A stretch of 64,000 nucleotides of DNA from NCBI RefSeq assembly GCF_006345805.1, contig NC_042998.1, positions 121,892,001 through 121,956,000 on the forward strand, read 5' to 3'. This DNA comes from Octopus sinensis (lineage: Eukaryota). The notes below the pieces were generated by a model, which searched no databases, was not told where the DNA came from, and worked only from the letters and a program-made list of their open reading frames with translations. Made by a program: the position numbers and the translations under genes. This document shows positions 13,501-28,073 of this stretch, piece by piece (the first letter of the stretch is position 1; each line of letters starts with the position of its first letter).

Positions 13501-13965
13501 ATAAGTATTCCTTGTGATCGCAATATAGCGGCGAAAGAATTTGACAAGATCAGTAAATATAAAGACTTGCTAATATAAATTGAAAAAATGTGGCATCTCA
13601 AGGCGACTACAGTACCAGTGATAGTAGAATCTCTAGGAATGATAAAAAAAGGTACTGAAACCTATTTGAAAATGATACCAGGCTCACCATCCCTACAGGA
13701 AGTACAAAAAATCGTATTTACTGGAATAGCTCATGTACTGAGAAGAGCATTATCGCTGTGAAAACAACATCCATTCATGAATTTATTTATTAATAATTTT
13801 TTAAATACATATTTTACCTGTGAATTTGCGCATGTAATCTAGGAATGCATACAATGAGCTTCTCTGCCCTAGGTGTATGGAAAACACTTGGCGAGAAACA
13901 GAAGAAAATTTGAAGAAAGAAGGAAAACAAAATATAACAACAACAATAATAATAATAATAATAAT
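13501..13965 (+). mobile_element. 5'-truncated R4/Dong-like non-LTR element: restriction-like endonuclease C-terminus plus 3' UTR
   Basis: 13501-13761 reads ISIPCDRNIAAKEFDKISKYKDLLI*IEKMWHLKATTVPVIVESLGMIKKG...LRRALSL* (RLE-type D..IP.D.N...KE..K..KY..L motif, one stop). (AAT)n on both flanks. Confidence 0.85.
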
Positions 13966-15827
13966 ACTGTTAAACTGGTTAAACTGTTTCGCATAGTTTT
14001 TGCTCTTCATTATTAGCAAGTTTGAAAATTGAGTCAACAGAGAGGAGATACAAGAAGATGAAGACTCCAGGCAGTTTATATGCACAAGTCTCTAATGTTC
14101 AAGTGGCTTAACAGTGTCAGCTGAACGGTACCCAGGAGTTATGACCTGGATGTGGCCCAGCCCCCTTGGGGCTTCTTCTCTGAAGACCTTCTGCTGTCCA
14201 GCTTTCCCAAGAGTTTCTTACCACTAGATATTTATATAGTCAGAATTTAAGTGCGTTTTTGAAAGCTGGATGAATTTTCTACTGCTAACCACTAATCTGT
14301 ATACCATAAGAACATAAAAAATACAAAAAATGAAACAAACAAAAAAAGCTAACTATTTCAGATTTTCCAAAGACGATGACTATAACGATGGTGGTGGTGA
14401 TGATGATGATACTGATGGGAAAGGGTGATTAAAATGATGACAACTAGCAAGGATGACAATAATGACAATGATGACGAAAAAGCAATGATGATGATAATGA
14501 TGACAATAGCAGAGATATGAGGATGAAAATTATGATGATGAGGTGGAAGAGGAGAAGGAGAACAATAGCAAAGGTAATTGTCATGACAAAAATGTTGACA
14601 ATAACAATTATGGAAGAGGGTGTGATTGGGAGGAATTTAGTTGCTATTTCTTGTAGTTCAAGTGACAGCGCAGACATTTCAGCATTGGCTCAGATGATGA
14701 TGATGATGATGATGATGACAATAATGGTGATAATGATGACTGTTTCAGTTTAGTTTTTAATTTTTTGGCTTACTGAATTGATGTCAGTTTCCTCAATCTC
14801 ATTTTCAAATGGACAGAATCTAAACGAGATGAACCAATAAAAAATTATCTTAGAGGAATAATTATTTTCATTAGCTTTCCCTCCCCTTTGCACGTACGCA
14901 TACACACACAAGTATGTACTCAGTCATTTGTGCATGTGTGTGTGTGTTTGCTCTTATATGTACATGTGTGTACACTCTAGAATTAAATGAAAGAAGAGTA
15001 ATAAATCCCCAAGTACACCGACCTGCCTCATACCAGGCAGATCACAGTCACAACAGAACACAAAAATCTTCTCAAACTTGCTAAGAGTGCATCGATGTAA
15101 AACTAAATGATCACTTAATCATTAATGTTGATGACTGCACGCCGTAGCATAAGCAGAAGTGGTTATGGTGGTGTTGGGAGTAGTGTGGCAGTGAAGGTGG
15201 TGACAGTGGGCTGTCAAAGAAAAATGCAAATCTGTGTTCATTTATCATATTCCAAGAGCAATCCAGTACTCCATTAAATGGTGCAATGTGTGTATGCATT
15301 TTTGCATATTTCTGTGTGTGTGTGTGAGTGTGTATATTTGTGCTTAAGAATGTTTGTGTGTGTGTGTTTGAGTGTGTGTGTGGTAAAAAAGAGAAGTTAT
15401 GTATGTTTCGTGTGTACTGAAAGATGAAAGCAAGGAGAGAATGATAACAGAAAGAAGATAAAAATTAAGAGGAAAATTTAGACATATAGGCAGCCTGAGA
15501 GACAGACTGAATGACATATATACATACATTTACTTAATATAAAAACACACACTTATATAAACACTCATATACTGCACAAAGTTAGACAACCAATCATTTA
15601 CACACATATACATGCAAACACAAGCATACTAACAACTTAGTGAGACATCTGCAGAAGAAATAGTACACAGACAAACATACAAACACACACATGTGCAAGT
15701 ATACTGTATACATAACAACACATACAAATATACACATTTCAGTAATCAATATAGACATTTATGTATACATACATACACATTAAAAGCAAACGTGATACAG
15801 ATATGCAAACAAACATAAAAACACGTT

Positions 15828-16047
15828 TGAGGGGGGGGGGCTGAAGAGTTCCTGGTTTTGGGTAAAAGAAAATACAGGAGGATTGGTTAATTGTGATTTT
15901 ATACAACATATTCCCCTCTCAGATTCACATGCTTATTGCAGTGGTCCTTCAGTTTTTCTAAGCCCTGTAAAAGAACTCGGAAGGTTGAGCCTCCAACCAG
16001 GCCTTTTGCAACACCCTTAAAACCAGAAACTTTTAGCACCGCTTCGT
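15828..16047. mobile_element. Mariner-derived MITE (~220 bp)
   Basis: Imperfect TIRs TGAGGGG...GCTGAAGAGTTCCTGGTTTTGGGT and ACCCTTAAAACCAGAAACTTTTAGCACCGCTTCG followed by TA. No coding capacity. Confidence 0.7.
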
Positions 16048-16760
16048 ACACACATACACACAGATATTCAAACTGAGAAATATGTATGTGCTTACAACAT
16101 GAAAAGCTATTTGGGTTGACACTGTGTTTGTAAACGAGTAGAGTCTTTTCAGGAGCGAATTAATGTTTATGGTGTGGGGGAACACTATGAAGTACATAAT
16201 TGTCATCATTATTTCCATTGTTGTTGTCATCTTTGGCACTTTACCAATGCTTTAGTATATTAATTTGAGTCACCATGTGAATACTTACATATATAGACGT
16301 GTGTGTGTGCACGACAAGCACTTCAAAACATCTCCACCAATAACATCCAATATATAATCCATATTCTCATCCATTAACACCATTTCAACCTACTTCTCAC
16401 TCTTGCCATCCCATGAACAGAAACACACACACACAGAGGTACATTCAAGCATTTTCCAATGAGGTTAATTTTATTGTGTTATTTTTCATTCAACAGCCTA
16501 ACACAACCAACTTCTAAGCCATAAACCTGTGAATGACAGAGCTGATTCTTGTATTTATGCTCCTACTCATGTTAAAAGATTTGTCGATTTTCTTCTTACC
16601 ATTAATTCACTTCTTTTGCTGCTAACCTGGCATGTTAGTAGAAAGTATAAAAGACTCAGCATCAGATTAGTTAATGTCTGAAGATCCTGTGCACCCACAC
16701 ATGAAACTCAGAGTAGCAAAAGACTAACTTGACTAAAATTATATACAAATGTATATATAT

Positions 16761-16945
16761 ATACTACATATGTGGGGTATTCTGTCTGTGGGTGTGTTTG
16801 TGGAGTAGTTAGCTAACTCCTCCTACATCGTTTTATTGATTTTGATGAAACTTGACATGCGAGTAGAACTTGTTTGGGAACTTCATGGCATACTCAGATA
16901 TTTGAATAAATCGATAATAGGGCCCCTGGAAGGGATCCTTATATA
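16761..16945 (+). mobile_element. Possible Helentron-associated (DINE/HINE-like) element fragment
   Basis: CTGTCTGTG...TAACTCCTCCTACATCG...GATTTTGATGAAACTTG resembles the DINE-1/HINE core; recognition from memory only. Confidence 0.4.
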
Positions 16946-17094
16946 TAGCAGAGGGAAATAACCCATTCATTTTCCTAAATTATTGGGTATAAATCAAATT
17001 GAGTATGCTTATTTCTTAGTAAATAAGCATTGTCTTGACATTTGTGTTGAAACAATTGTAGTGATTTTGAATAAAGAATGTTCAATCCATTTTT

Positions 17095-17131
<37 letters not shown>

Positions 17132-17199
17132 CACGCATACTTGCACACGCATGAAAATGCGACACTGCATGAGAAAAATAGTCAATGCTGTTGGAAGTT

Positions 17200-17465
17200 T
17201 TATACAACATAGATGTAGGGTCAAGGAAAACTTCATATATTTGTCTCATTGTGTTTGGAAACACAAAGATCAAGGAAACACCTTCCTCAACATCACATGA
17301 AACATTCTTGATAGGGACCCTTCCTACATGTCAGGAGTTTGTAATTTTCAACTCATCTTCCAAGAGAAAGTGAATATATATGCTTTTCAGTATCTATTAG
17401 TAAAAAAAAACTGATCAATTTTATTGTTGTCACCAAAGATACATCCTGTTAATGAACTTCAAGCC
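17200..17465 (+). mobile_element. Penelope-like element GIY-YIG endonuclease C-terminal fragment (Neptune-like), degenerate
   Basis: LSHCVWKHKDQGNTFLNIT*NILDRDPSYMSGVCNFQLIFQEKVNI, then after a frameshift KKTDQFYCCHQRYILLMNF. Matches LS..IW.LKD......I.W.I..RA..Y..G...C.LC..EK...LNKRSE....C.H. Confidence 0.7.
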
Positions 17466-17838
17466 ATTGGTTATCATAGAAAGTCCACATAGGCTCTAGC
17501 TAACCCATACACAACTGCAGAATAAACAATTATTTCTCTTCCATGCATCATCATCATGGCCTATCAACACTTGCCTAAAATGACACCGCATAGATGTTGC
17601 ATGACAAGCAAACTGAATTTATAACCTGTCACCACCCCACTGAGTTCCAAAATTCTGACTGTCTGCTATCACAAGACTATCTCATCTTCCACCATGTGGT
17701 AGTATATAAATGCTGGTAAAGGAAATAGCCTGACACTTCTGTTTTATATAACCCAAACTAATCAAGGAGACAACTCCACAAAATATTTGCACCTAGAATT
17801 TTCTTTAAATTTTTTAAATTTTTACTCTGTACATTTAG

Positions 17839-17880
17839 AAGAGGAGACATATCTGCATATGAATCTTAAAGTAGTCTCAG
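17839..17880 (+). CDS. Candidate internal exon of an unidentified gene (42 nt, phase 1-1)
   Basis: Pyrimidine-rich acceptor ...ctctgtacatttag| and donor CAG|gtaaag. Only one frame is open: (E)EETYLHMNLKVVS(G). No homology recognised. Confidence 0.3.
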
Positions 17881-17992
17881 GTAAAGTCAACTTGTTATTA
17901 AATACTTACAACTCCACCTACTCTGTGATGAGTACTACTTTCATTTGTTTATCTTGTGTAAGTACATATGCATGTGTGCGTGTGTGTGTGTG

Positions 17993-18026
<34 letters not shown>

Positions 18027-18028
<2 letters not shown>

Positions 18029-18445
18029 CAAGACACCTGCTTCTATTCCTCTATCACACTTTAACTTCTCATCACCTGGCACAAGGCCACCTCCTCCAGT
18101 GACCTCCTTCTCAAAGGATCTTTGTCTAGCAAGTTATTTGGTGACCCTGCCAGTGCTGGTGCTACATAAAAAGTATCCAGTTCAGACTGTAAAATGGTTG
18201 GCATTTGGAAGGGCATTGAGCTGTAAAAGCCATGCCAAAAGAGACCTTGCTGGTGCTGGTGCTACATAAAAAGCACTCAGTTGACTCTGTGGAGGTGGTT
18301 AGTGTTAGGAAAAGCATCTAGCCATAAAAACCATACCAAAACAGACAACGAAACCTGATGCAGTCTTATGGATAGCCAGCTCCTGTCAAACTATCCAGCC
18401 TATGCCAGCATGGAAAGCTGACATTAAATGATGATGATGATGATG
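18027..18445 (+). mobile_element. Family B RTE-type tail repeat, long variant
   Basis: Two GTGCTGGTGCTACATAAAAAG modules, GGAAGGGCAT, CCTATGCCAGCATGGAAAG, (GAT)n tail. Confidence 0.75.
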
Positions 18446-19859
18446 ATAAATGTAAGTAACATGAGCTACACAAACCTTTTACTCAATAAATATGCCTCTA
18501 ACTATATGAATTGAGAGCCACTTTTGTTAGTTCACTCACTTGTACATACATATGTACATATGTGCATACATTACACATCTACATACCCCCCACCTCACAC
18601 ACAGACAGAACTAAGCAGAGTGTTCTGATTTATACATCATCCACTTCTGGTGTCAACAACAGCTGTTATATATTGTGTATGTAAACAAGTAGCTGTCTTT
18701 AGTTCACCAGCAGCTGATGAGATAAGTAAGTAGTCAGGCACACAACTAAATGTTTCATGAAATGACTTGTAATTTTTTCTATATTTTTCATATGTAGTAT
18801 CCTTGAGGCCCATTCTTGATTGTTTAATTCACATACACATAAAGTTGTAGTACTGACAATCCAGTGAGTTGTTATGTACTGAATATAATCAGATGAACTA
18901 AGATTGTATTACCTAGGTTCATACTGGCATGTATTTAAGCAATGCAATTTATATTCTCCCATAAGAAAACACTGAAGGTATTTTTCACAAATTTTTTAAG
19001 ACAATTTTTATTTGTCACCGACATAGAGTTATTGCTTCATTCCTTTATCTGTTCCTGGTTGATTTATGCACCACCCATTTATGATGTTGACAACTGATAT
19101 ATATATTGTGAGAATAAATGAAAAGCTGCTTAGGTTCATGTGCATCTACCTGCAGTATATACACACACACACTCATATACACATATAAGTACATATATAA
19201 AAGTAAATAGATATATGCTGAAAAATGAAATCTATGTACATGGACAGGTGGAACAAACTGAAATTTTCTCATAGTGATATTAGAAGACACATATTCACAA
19301 CAGTATATGAAAATAAATCCCCACGGTATTCCATAAAGGAATATTTCTATGGTTGATGATTGTATATGCCCATAGTACATATGTTAGATTGTGTATAAAT
19401 GGAAGTGAATTAATAGGACTGTACTGCATAACATTCACCACTGACATTCTGATGATAACTTCTGAATGAGATAGTATTTGGAGATTCTGAATGAAATGCC
19501 TCCATATAACAACTAGCACATAAGGCTGATTAATGTATGACAAAAGACACAACATACACACACACACACACACACACACTCAAGCACACATATGCACATA
19601 CAGACTCATTTTTATACATATGTGCATATATACATAGATGCGTATGCACAGCAGGGATGTTTTAAAAGGAGTGTGATCTCTATAATTGGACACACACACA
19701 CACACACACACTCATTCATATTAAACTACGTTTACAATGTTCATAGTCACTCTGTCAGTCTACCCAACCACCTACCTACCTACCTGCCTACCTCCCAACC
19801 GATCTAACTATCAAATATTCTTCTTATCTATCTATCTATCTATCTATCTCTCTATCTGT

Positions 19860-21610
<1,751 letters not shown>

Positions 21611-21967
21611 TTCTTTTTATCTTACCTTATCTGTTTTTAATGGGCTCACTTATAGAGAGAATGTTTGATGCATGAGTGAACGATAGTATATGTGGTTGTG
21701 AGCAGTATTGGCACAGATATTGGTATAACTGATATATATATAAAATTAATATGATGGCAATGTACTTCAGCCAGTGTGTCATTTTGTCTGTTGTTGGAAC
21801 TATGCATATGGCTGGAGATTTGTACTTTACTGTAACTATACTATCTCCTTGTTAGTTGGTAAAAATTGGTGGTCAACATATACCAGAAGTTAACTGGAAC
21901 TGTATATTGTAAATCTGGAAGAATGGAACAGCAAAGTTGATATTGCAGAATTTAAAAGACACATTCA

Positions 21968-22178
21968 TTGATTTCAAATTTTGGCACTAGGCCAGCAATT
22001 TTGGAGAAGGAGTTAAGTTGATTGCTTCGACCCAAGTGCTCAACTGGTACTTATTTTATCAACTCCAAAAAGATGAAAGGCAAAGTCAACTTCAGCGGAA
22101 TATGAACTCAGAACATAAAGACGGATGAAATGCTGCTAAGCAGGTGGTCCAGTGTGTTAACGATTCTGCCGCTGTCTT
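21968..22178 (-). mobile_element. Family A tRNA-derived SINE
   Basis: GACCCAAGTGCTCAACTGGTACTTATTTTATC...GAAAGGCAAAGTCAAC...GGAATATGAACTCAGAAC, the reverse complement of the family A body and B-box. Confidence 0.8.
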
Positions 22179-23336
22179 AAAGAGACACATTACTGAAAGG
22201 AAATTTTACACACACACACACACATACAAACATAAATATACACACTCACACATACATGTATCTTATTTTATTTGAGACATGTTTTTTGCCAGTATGGACT
22301 TATCTGAAGAAGTGGCCCCTGAATTGGCATTAATAAACTACTGTTCTCTCTGTTTGTATTGAGTAGTACTTCTCCAGATCGTTACTTAACAACATTTAAT
22401 ACATATATAAACAGACACCAAGGCATGGTACAGTTTTTATCCAGACTAGCTTGGATTTGGATGGAGAGTTATTTGAGGCAGAATTTTAAGTCCAGATGCT
22501 TTTCCTATCACTAACCCTTACTAGTTTTTCAGGGAAGAGATCTCTTTATTCCACAGGTCTTTGAGTAACCAATCTCAACATCATACATCAGCACTGCTTA
22601 GCTCAAGTAATGACAGAATATAATCATGTGCACACACACACATACAGGGTGCAATGGGTAAATTGTCATTGTATAGTTTTAATTTCATGCATTGTTTGTT
22701 TTTGATTTTGCCAACTACACAGTATAGTAGGGTCAGTTGGGTACTGTCTGTGAGAAAAACAGCACTATGGCAATTCATTCTGCCAGAAATTTGGAAATGA
22801 CATGCTGTACTGCTTGGCATTCATGCTGGAAGCTCCAATACATACAGATGGTGAATACACAGAATGATGATGATGATGATGATGATAATATGCATATATA
22901 TGTGTGTGTAAGTATGTGCGTGTTTGTGTGTGTGTATATATATATATATATACCATGTAGGCAAATATTGCACAGTATGGCAAATATTTTAGAAGTTTGC
23001 TTCACAATCAATGAGGTATGGTCTTACTCTTTGACATCTTAGCATCTGAGGCAACTATTATCTTCCCTAGCTCCAGGCTATAGCAATCAATACTGACCCA
23101 AGAATAGCTCATGCTTTGTAAGAGAAAATGGGGAGACAGAAGCTGTATAGAAGTCCATCCAATGGATTGTAATATAAAGATCTAGCCTTGTTGATATTGT
23201 AACATCTTCAACTGCAAGTGACAGCTATAGTTTACACACACACCTTTCACTTGGGCATTTTGATACTAATAACCTGGTGTAGAACTCAATATACAATGCT
23301 TCAGAAGGAAGCGTTAGTTGCTCTATACCTTGCTTT

Positions 23337-23451
<115 letters not shown>

Positions 23452-23573
23452 ATACATACATATATATATAAAGTAACAAACTGAGGAAAAGGAATCCTTC
23501 AAAGGGGTGTGTTAAACATCCAATTCACTGGTACTTCAGTTGGATACTATATAAATATTGGTATAATTCAGTT

Positions 23574-24245
23574 ATAAAGATAAGTTAAATATAGAGATAT
23601 TCAATTGACAATCCAAAAATTTATTTATATTACAATATTACATTAAATACTCTGAATATAATGTATAACGACATAATATTATAAAACATAAATAATTATA
23701 AAAACCATAGAAGGCCAACAAATTGTTTCGACTTATATATATATTTTTCTGATATATATAATCACAGTTCCATCATATATATAGTCACTTCAGGGTCTTA
23801 GCTTGAAAAAAAAAAAAAAAATTCCATGTGAAAGGATGGCTGGATTGTAAAAATTAATTCAAATGTCTGTGTTATGAGCTTGAGCGTTAACTATTCAATC
23901 ATACAGCAATTACAATTAAAAAACAACAAAATCACTTTAACAGACGATACAATCAAGTAAGTGCAATCCACAACCATTGAAATTCACTTCATGGCATCTC
24001 AAACATATACCAATTGAAACCCTTTCATGTCCAAGTGACTATATATATAATGGAACTGTGATTATGTAAATCAGAAAAAAAAATATATATAAGTCGAAAC
24101 AATTTGTTGGCCTTTTATGGTTTTTATAATTATTTATATAATATTATGTTATGTTATATCTTATATTCATAATATTTAATGTAATATTATATAACTAAAT
24201 TATTGGATTGTCAATTGAATATCTCCATATTTAATTTATCTTTAT
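23574..24245. repeat. Long foldback (arms ~215 bp, spacer ~240 bp)
   Basis: 23574-23790 is the reverse complement of 24033-24245 with few mismatches. Confidence 0.9.
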
Positions 24246-24271
24246 GTATATAATATGTGTGTGTATACATA

Positions 24272-25250
24272 CATAGACATGATAAAAGTAAATAGACACC
24301 CCATGAAACATTGTTTTATGCTTATTCTAACTTGTAAAGGCTAATGTTTTTTTATTAATTGACATTTTAAATTTCCAGGTTCTATATGTGACTGTTTAAT
24401 CAGGCCATGTACAAAAGAAGCCTTGGAACTGTCTGAATTTCAAAGAGGCCATATTGTGGGTCAATCTGAAGGTGGACACAGTGTAAAATCACAGAAAATC
24501 TTGGTTACTATGGCAGAGCAGTAAGAAGGAAGCCACTTCTTTGACTAGCCAATATCAAGCAGAGAAAGGATTGGGCTAGTGAGATGGTAGAGAGGCCACG
24601 AGCATTTTGGGATACTGTCATATTCTCCAATGAGTCCAGATTTGCTGTATTCTCTGACAGCGGTCAGGTGTGGGTATGGAGATCTGTGATCAAGAATTTG
24701 ATGTGAAAAGATTGCAGCCAATAATGAAACATGGCCGCTATTCTGTGATGGTCTAGGGAGCAATTTAGAGCAATGGTCAATCAATTATGGTGGAGTGTAA
24801 GGGAAACATAAAATATATGTCCATTATAGAAAGGACTCCTTCCAATCTTCTACAGTGGTAGAATGATTAAAGAAGACTCTTTATTTATGGAAGATGAAGC
24901 ACCTTGTCACACAGCTAAAATGCCCCAAGATTTGTTGGATGAGAATGGCATTACAAAGCTTCCATGGCCAAGCCAGTAGCCAGATATGAACCCTATTGAA
25001 CACTTCTGGGGCATAATGGACAGGACACTTCATAAAAAGAACAAGAAAGCATCTTCTAAGCCAGATCTTTTGAGATTACTGCATGAAACTTGGCAAGAGA
25101 TTCCTCAAGAGAATATTTGTCATCTGATCAGTAACATGCCTAATAGGGTCCTTGCATTGAAAAATGCAAAGGGCATGTCTACTAAATATTAAATATTCAC
25201 ATTATAACAATTAATAAATTTGAATGTATAATTTCAGATTTACTTCTGTA
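24272..25250 (+). mobile_element. Tc1-like (DD34E) transposon, degenerate and internally deleted
   Basis: LSEFQRGHIVG (24429); WDTVIFSNESRF...GQVWVWR; RLQPIMKHGRYSVMV*GAI; FMEDEAPCH...WPSQ*PDMNPIEHFW with exact D(34)E spacing; stop at 25190-25192. Several stops and frameshifts; right TIR not found. Confidence 0.9.
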
Positions 25251-25255
25251 ATATT

Positions 25256-25314
<59 letters not shown>

Positions 25315-25318
<4 letters not shown>

Positions 25319-25670
25319 CTTGCTTCTCACCCATATGATTTTGGTCCCACTGTGTGGTGCCTAGGGCAAGTGCTTTTTACTAGACTCCCAGGCCTTGTGT
25401 GTGGATTTGGTAGACAGAAACTGAAAGAAACCTGCCATACATGTGATATTGCATTATAGTTGTTAAATGATTGTCACAGTCATACAAGCAGAATCATTCA
25501 TTTCTAATGTTCTATGAAAACATGTCTGACCATGGGAAAAAGTTACTTTGCTTGGAAACAGGTAAGGATTGGTGACAGGAAGGGCATCCGACTGCTGAAA
25601 ACCTGCCTCAGCAAACTCTCTCTGACCCATGCGCAGGGAAAAGCAGACATCAAAATGATGTCTATGCATA
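25315..25670 (+). mobile_element. Near full-length family D SINE: tRNA-like head, CORE-like CCTAGGGCAAGTG, RTE-type 3' tail
   Basis: GCTTGCTTCTCACCCATATG...GGTCCCACTGTGTGGTGCCTAGGGCAAGTG...GACAGGAAGGGCATCC...GACCCATGC...AAAATGATG. Confidence 0.7.
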
Positions 25671-26419
25671 CAATACATGAATACCTGCCTACACACACAC
25701 ATATATATATGTACATATAGTCTTGTCAAGGCTATGATTATGCCTCATGCACTGGTTTCATGATAAAATGTCCACAGTACACACTGTGGAATGGTTAGTG
25801 ATAGGAAGTGCATCCATCCATAGAAATCAAAATGAAGTATACAAGGAAGACATGGTCCCTCAAGCCATGTAGCAGGGTAGTTGCTCCTGGTCTGAACTAT
25901 CTTGGACCATAATGTGCCACACAAGCCATGCCAGCGTAAAAAGCAAAACGATAATGTGGATGTGCATGTGTGTGTGCTGTGCTCATGTGCATGTGTGTAT
26001 GTGCACATACATATGTGTGTTTGTGCTTATAAATACATACATACATACATACACATATGCATACATATTATAAGTATACGTAGCTTCAGGAATGAACAAA
26101 CAACCACATTTCTGTGTAATAAGCTATAATAATTAAATAATAAGGAAACCAAGAAATCTATATGAGATAATTGATATGAACACATTCTGAACCATCTTGG
26201 AACACACACATACACACTCATTGAAAGTAACACAGTCATATATACACAGTGAAGTATTTTGCTGATGAATATTAAGAGAAACACTCTGAAATGATGCATA
26301 ATCTATTTAACATCAATATACACTCACACATCTATAAGTGTATATGCTGTGCACATAGCAAATTTCATTGAAAGGCATATATACATAAACCTCACCTCAC
26401 CTATAAATGCATTAAAAGG

Positions 26420-26450
<31 letters not shown>

Positions 26451-26920
26451 ATATATATATAATATATATATATATGTATATATATATATATTATATATAT
26501 ATATATATATGGATGCACACATACACACACATGAATGAATAAGTAGCCACTTCACAGTTGAGAGATCGGTGTTAGGAAAAGCATCGAACCATGCAAAAAT
26601 ACATGTTCCAACATCGATTTGTCCTGTTCATTAGGAAGGCTCCCAGTTGGGCTGAGCAGGCAAGTAGAATGCTCACTCAGCAAAAAGCTCTTAAACAACT
26701 AAAGTCACATAATAACTACAGGCCTTTGTAACACATGCACGCACACACACACAGAGTTAGATATCTATATATCCAGATTGATAGGCAGGCATATTATGGT
26801 TAAAACTTTTACAGTGCTGATAGTAGTATAATACCATAAGTTCTGCTTAAAGCATTATTAGTAAAATTTAATAAAAAAAAAATATCAACAGAGTAATAAT
26901 ATCTACTACAATGCTGACGA

Positions 26921-27068
26921 GAGAGAAGAATACAATTTATTCAATGTTTAAGCTTCAATAAGCCTTAATCAAGAAATGAGAAATATATAGAGAAATCTCT
27001 ATAGATTTCTGATATCATGATTAGGGCTTATTGAAGCTGAAACATTGAATAAATTGTATTTTTCTCTC
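26921..27068. repeat. Short foldback (arms ~50 bp)
   Basis: GAGAGAAGAATACAATTTATTCAATGTTTAAGCTTCAATAAGCCTTAATCA vs TGATTAGGGCTTATTGAAGCTGAAACATTGAATAAATTGTATTTTTTCTCTC; inner hairpin AGAAATCT-ctat-AGATTTCT. Confidence 0.9.
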
Positions 27069-27999
27069 TTATTAACATTGTTTGTGGCTTTTACCCCATT
27101 TTTCAATTTACATTGCTGAATTCTATGTCCCGAAGGGTTCCAACTTTGCCATAAGCATTATGATATATGTTAGGTCAAGTAAGCCAGTCTGTTAAAATTA
27201 CCATAGTTAATTTAGCCAGTTCACAGAGAACTGATGGGTCACTGAATATGATTGGTTTGCAGTGCAGACTCAGTTCCCAGTTCCCAGATCTCTACAGATT
27301 TACAGACTGGAAATGGTTTATGGATTAGTGATGTCTCTTAGATGAGCATTGGCTCACAAATCCCTGCTGGTTTATAAATGTCAAGCTACTGAAAGTTTGT
27401 AAACCAGCAATAGGTAGTAGCAGTCAACTGGTGACATGCCAATAAGGGATCTTCTATGTAATCATTCAACAACTTCAATGTAAAGATTAAATCTTCTTCA
27501 GTAGATTCCCAACTGTCTTTAAAATGGAGATTATGTTTTTTTTTTTTTATGCTGTGAGAGTAATGTCAGCAGAGTGCTTCAAATATAAGAACTTCAATGG
27601 TAATGCTACCTGAATGCTTCATTTGTCCAGTTGCCTCTGTGCTGTAAGCCTATTCATGCAGAGTTGATCAAAGCTATCTGCCACTGTCACCAGCACCACT
27701 TCCTCAACCCCCCCCCCCCCAAAAAAAAAAACCCCAACAGAAGCAAACACTTCCCTGGTGGTTTGAAAGCCACAAATAGTTCACATGTTATAGTTACTTA
27801 ATGTAACTGCTATCTAAACCATGTTCTATCACATATCTGTGTTAACATTTATTTCACCAGCAGTTCACAAAGCAGGAGAGTGTAGATGAACTGAGACAAT
27901 AAGACTCTGGAAAACTAGTCAAGAGGTTGCTGGTTTGAATCTTGCCACTGACAGGCTGAATCTACCTAGCACTTTATGTAGGTTCTTCAACAACAACAC

Positions 28000-28037
<38 letters not shown>

Positions 28038-28038
28038 G

Positions 28039-28073
<35 letters not shown>

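Noticed and set aside
16599-16626. 27-nt minus-strand micro-exon with TACTAAC and a gtaaga donor
   Set aside because: The branch-like motif is too close to the AG and there is no supporting neighbouring exon or homology.
18714-18780. CTGATGA as a ribozyme core; nearby CAGCTG and GTAAACA motifs as an enhancer
   Set aside because: No pairing stems or GAAA-NUH arrangement; the short transcription-factor motifs are expected by chance.
26914-26920. CTGACGA as a hammerhead core using the whole foldback as stem II
   Set aside because: No GAAA or stem III follows the closing arm.
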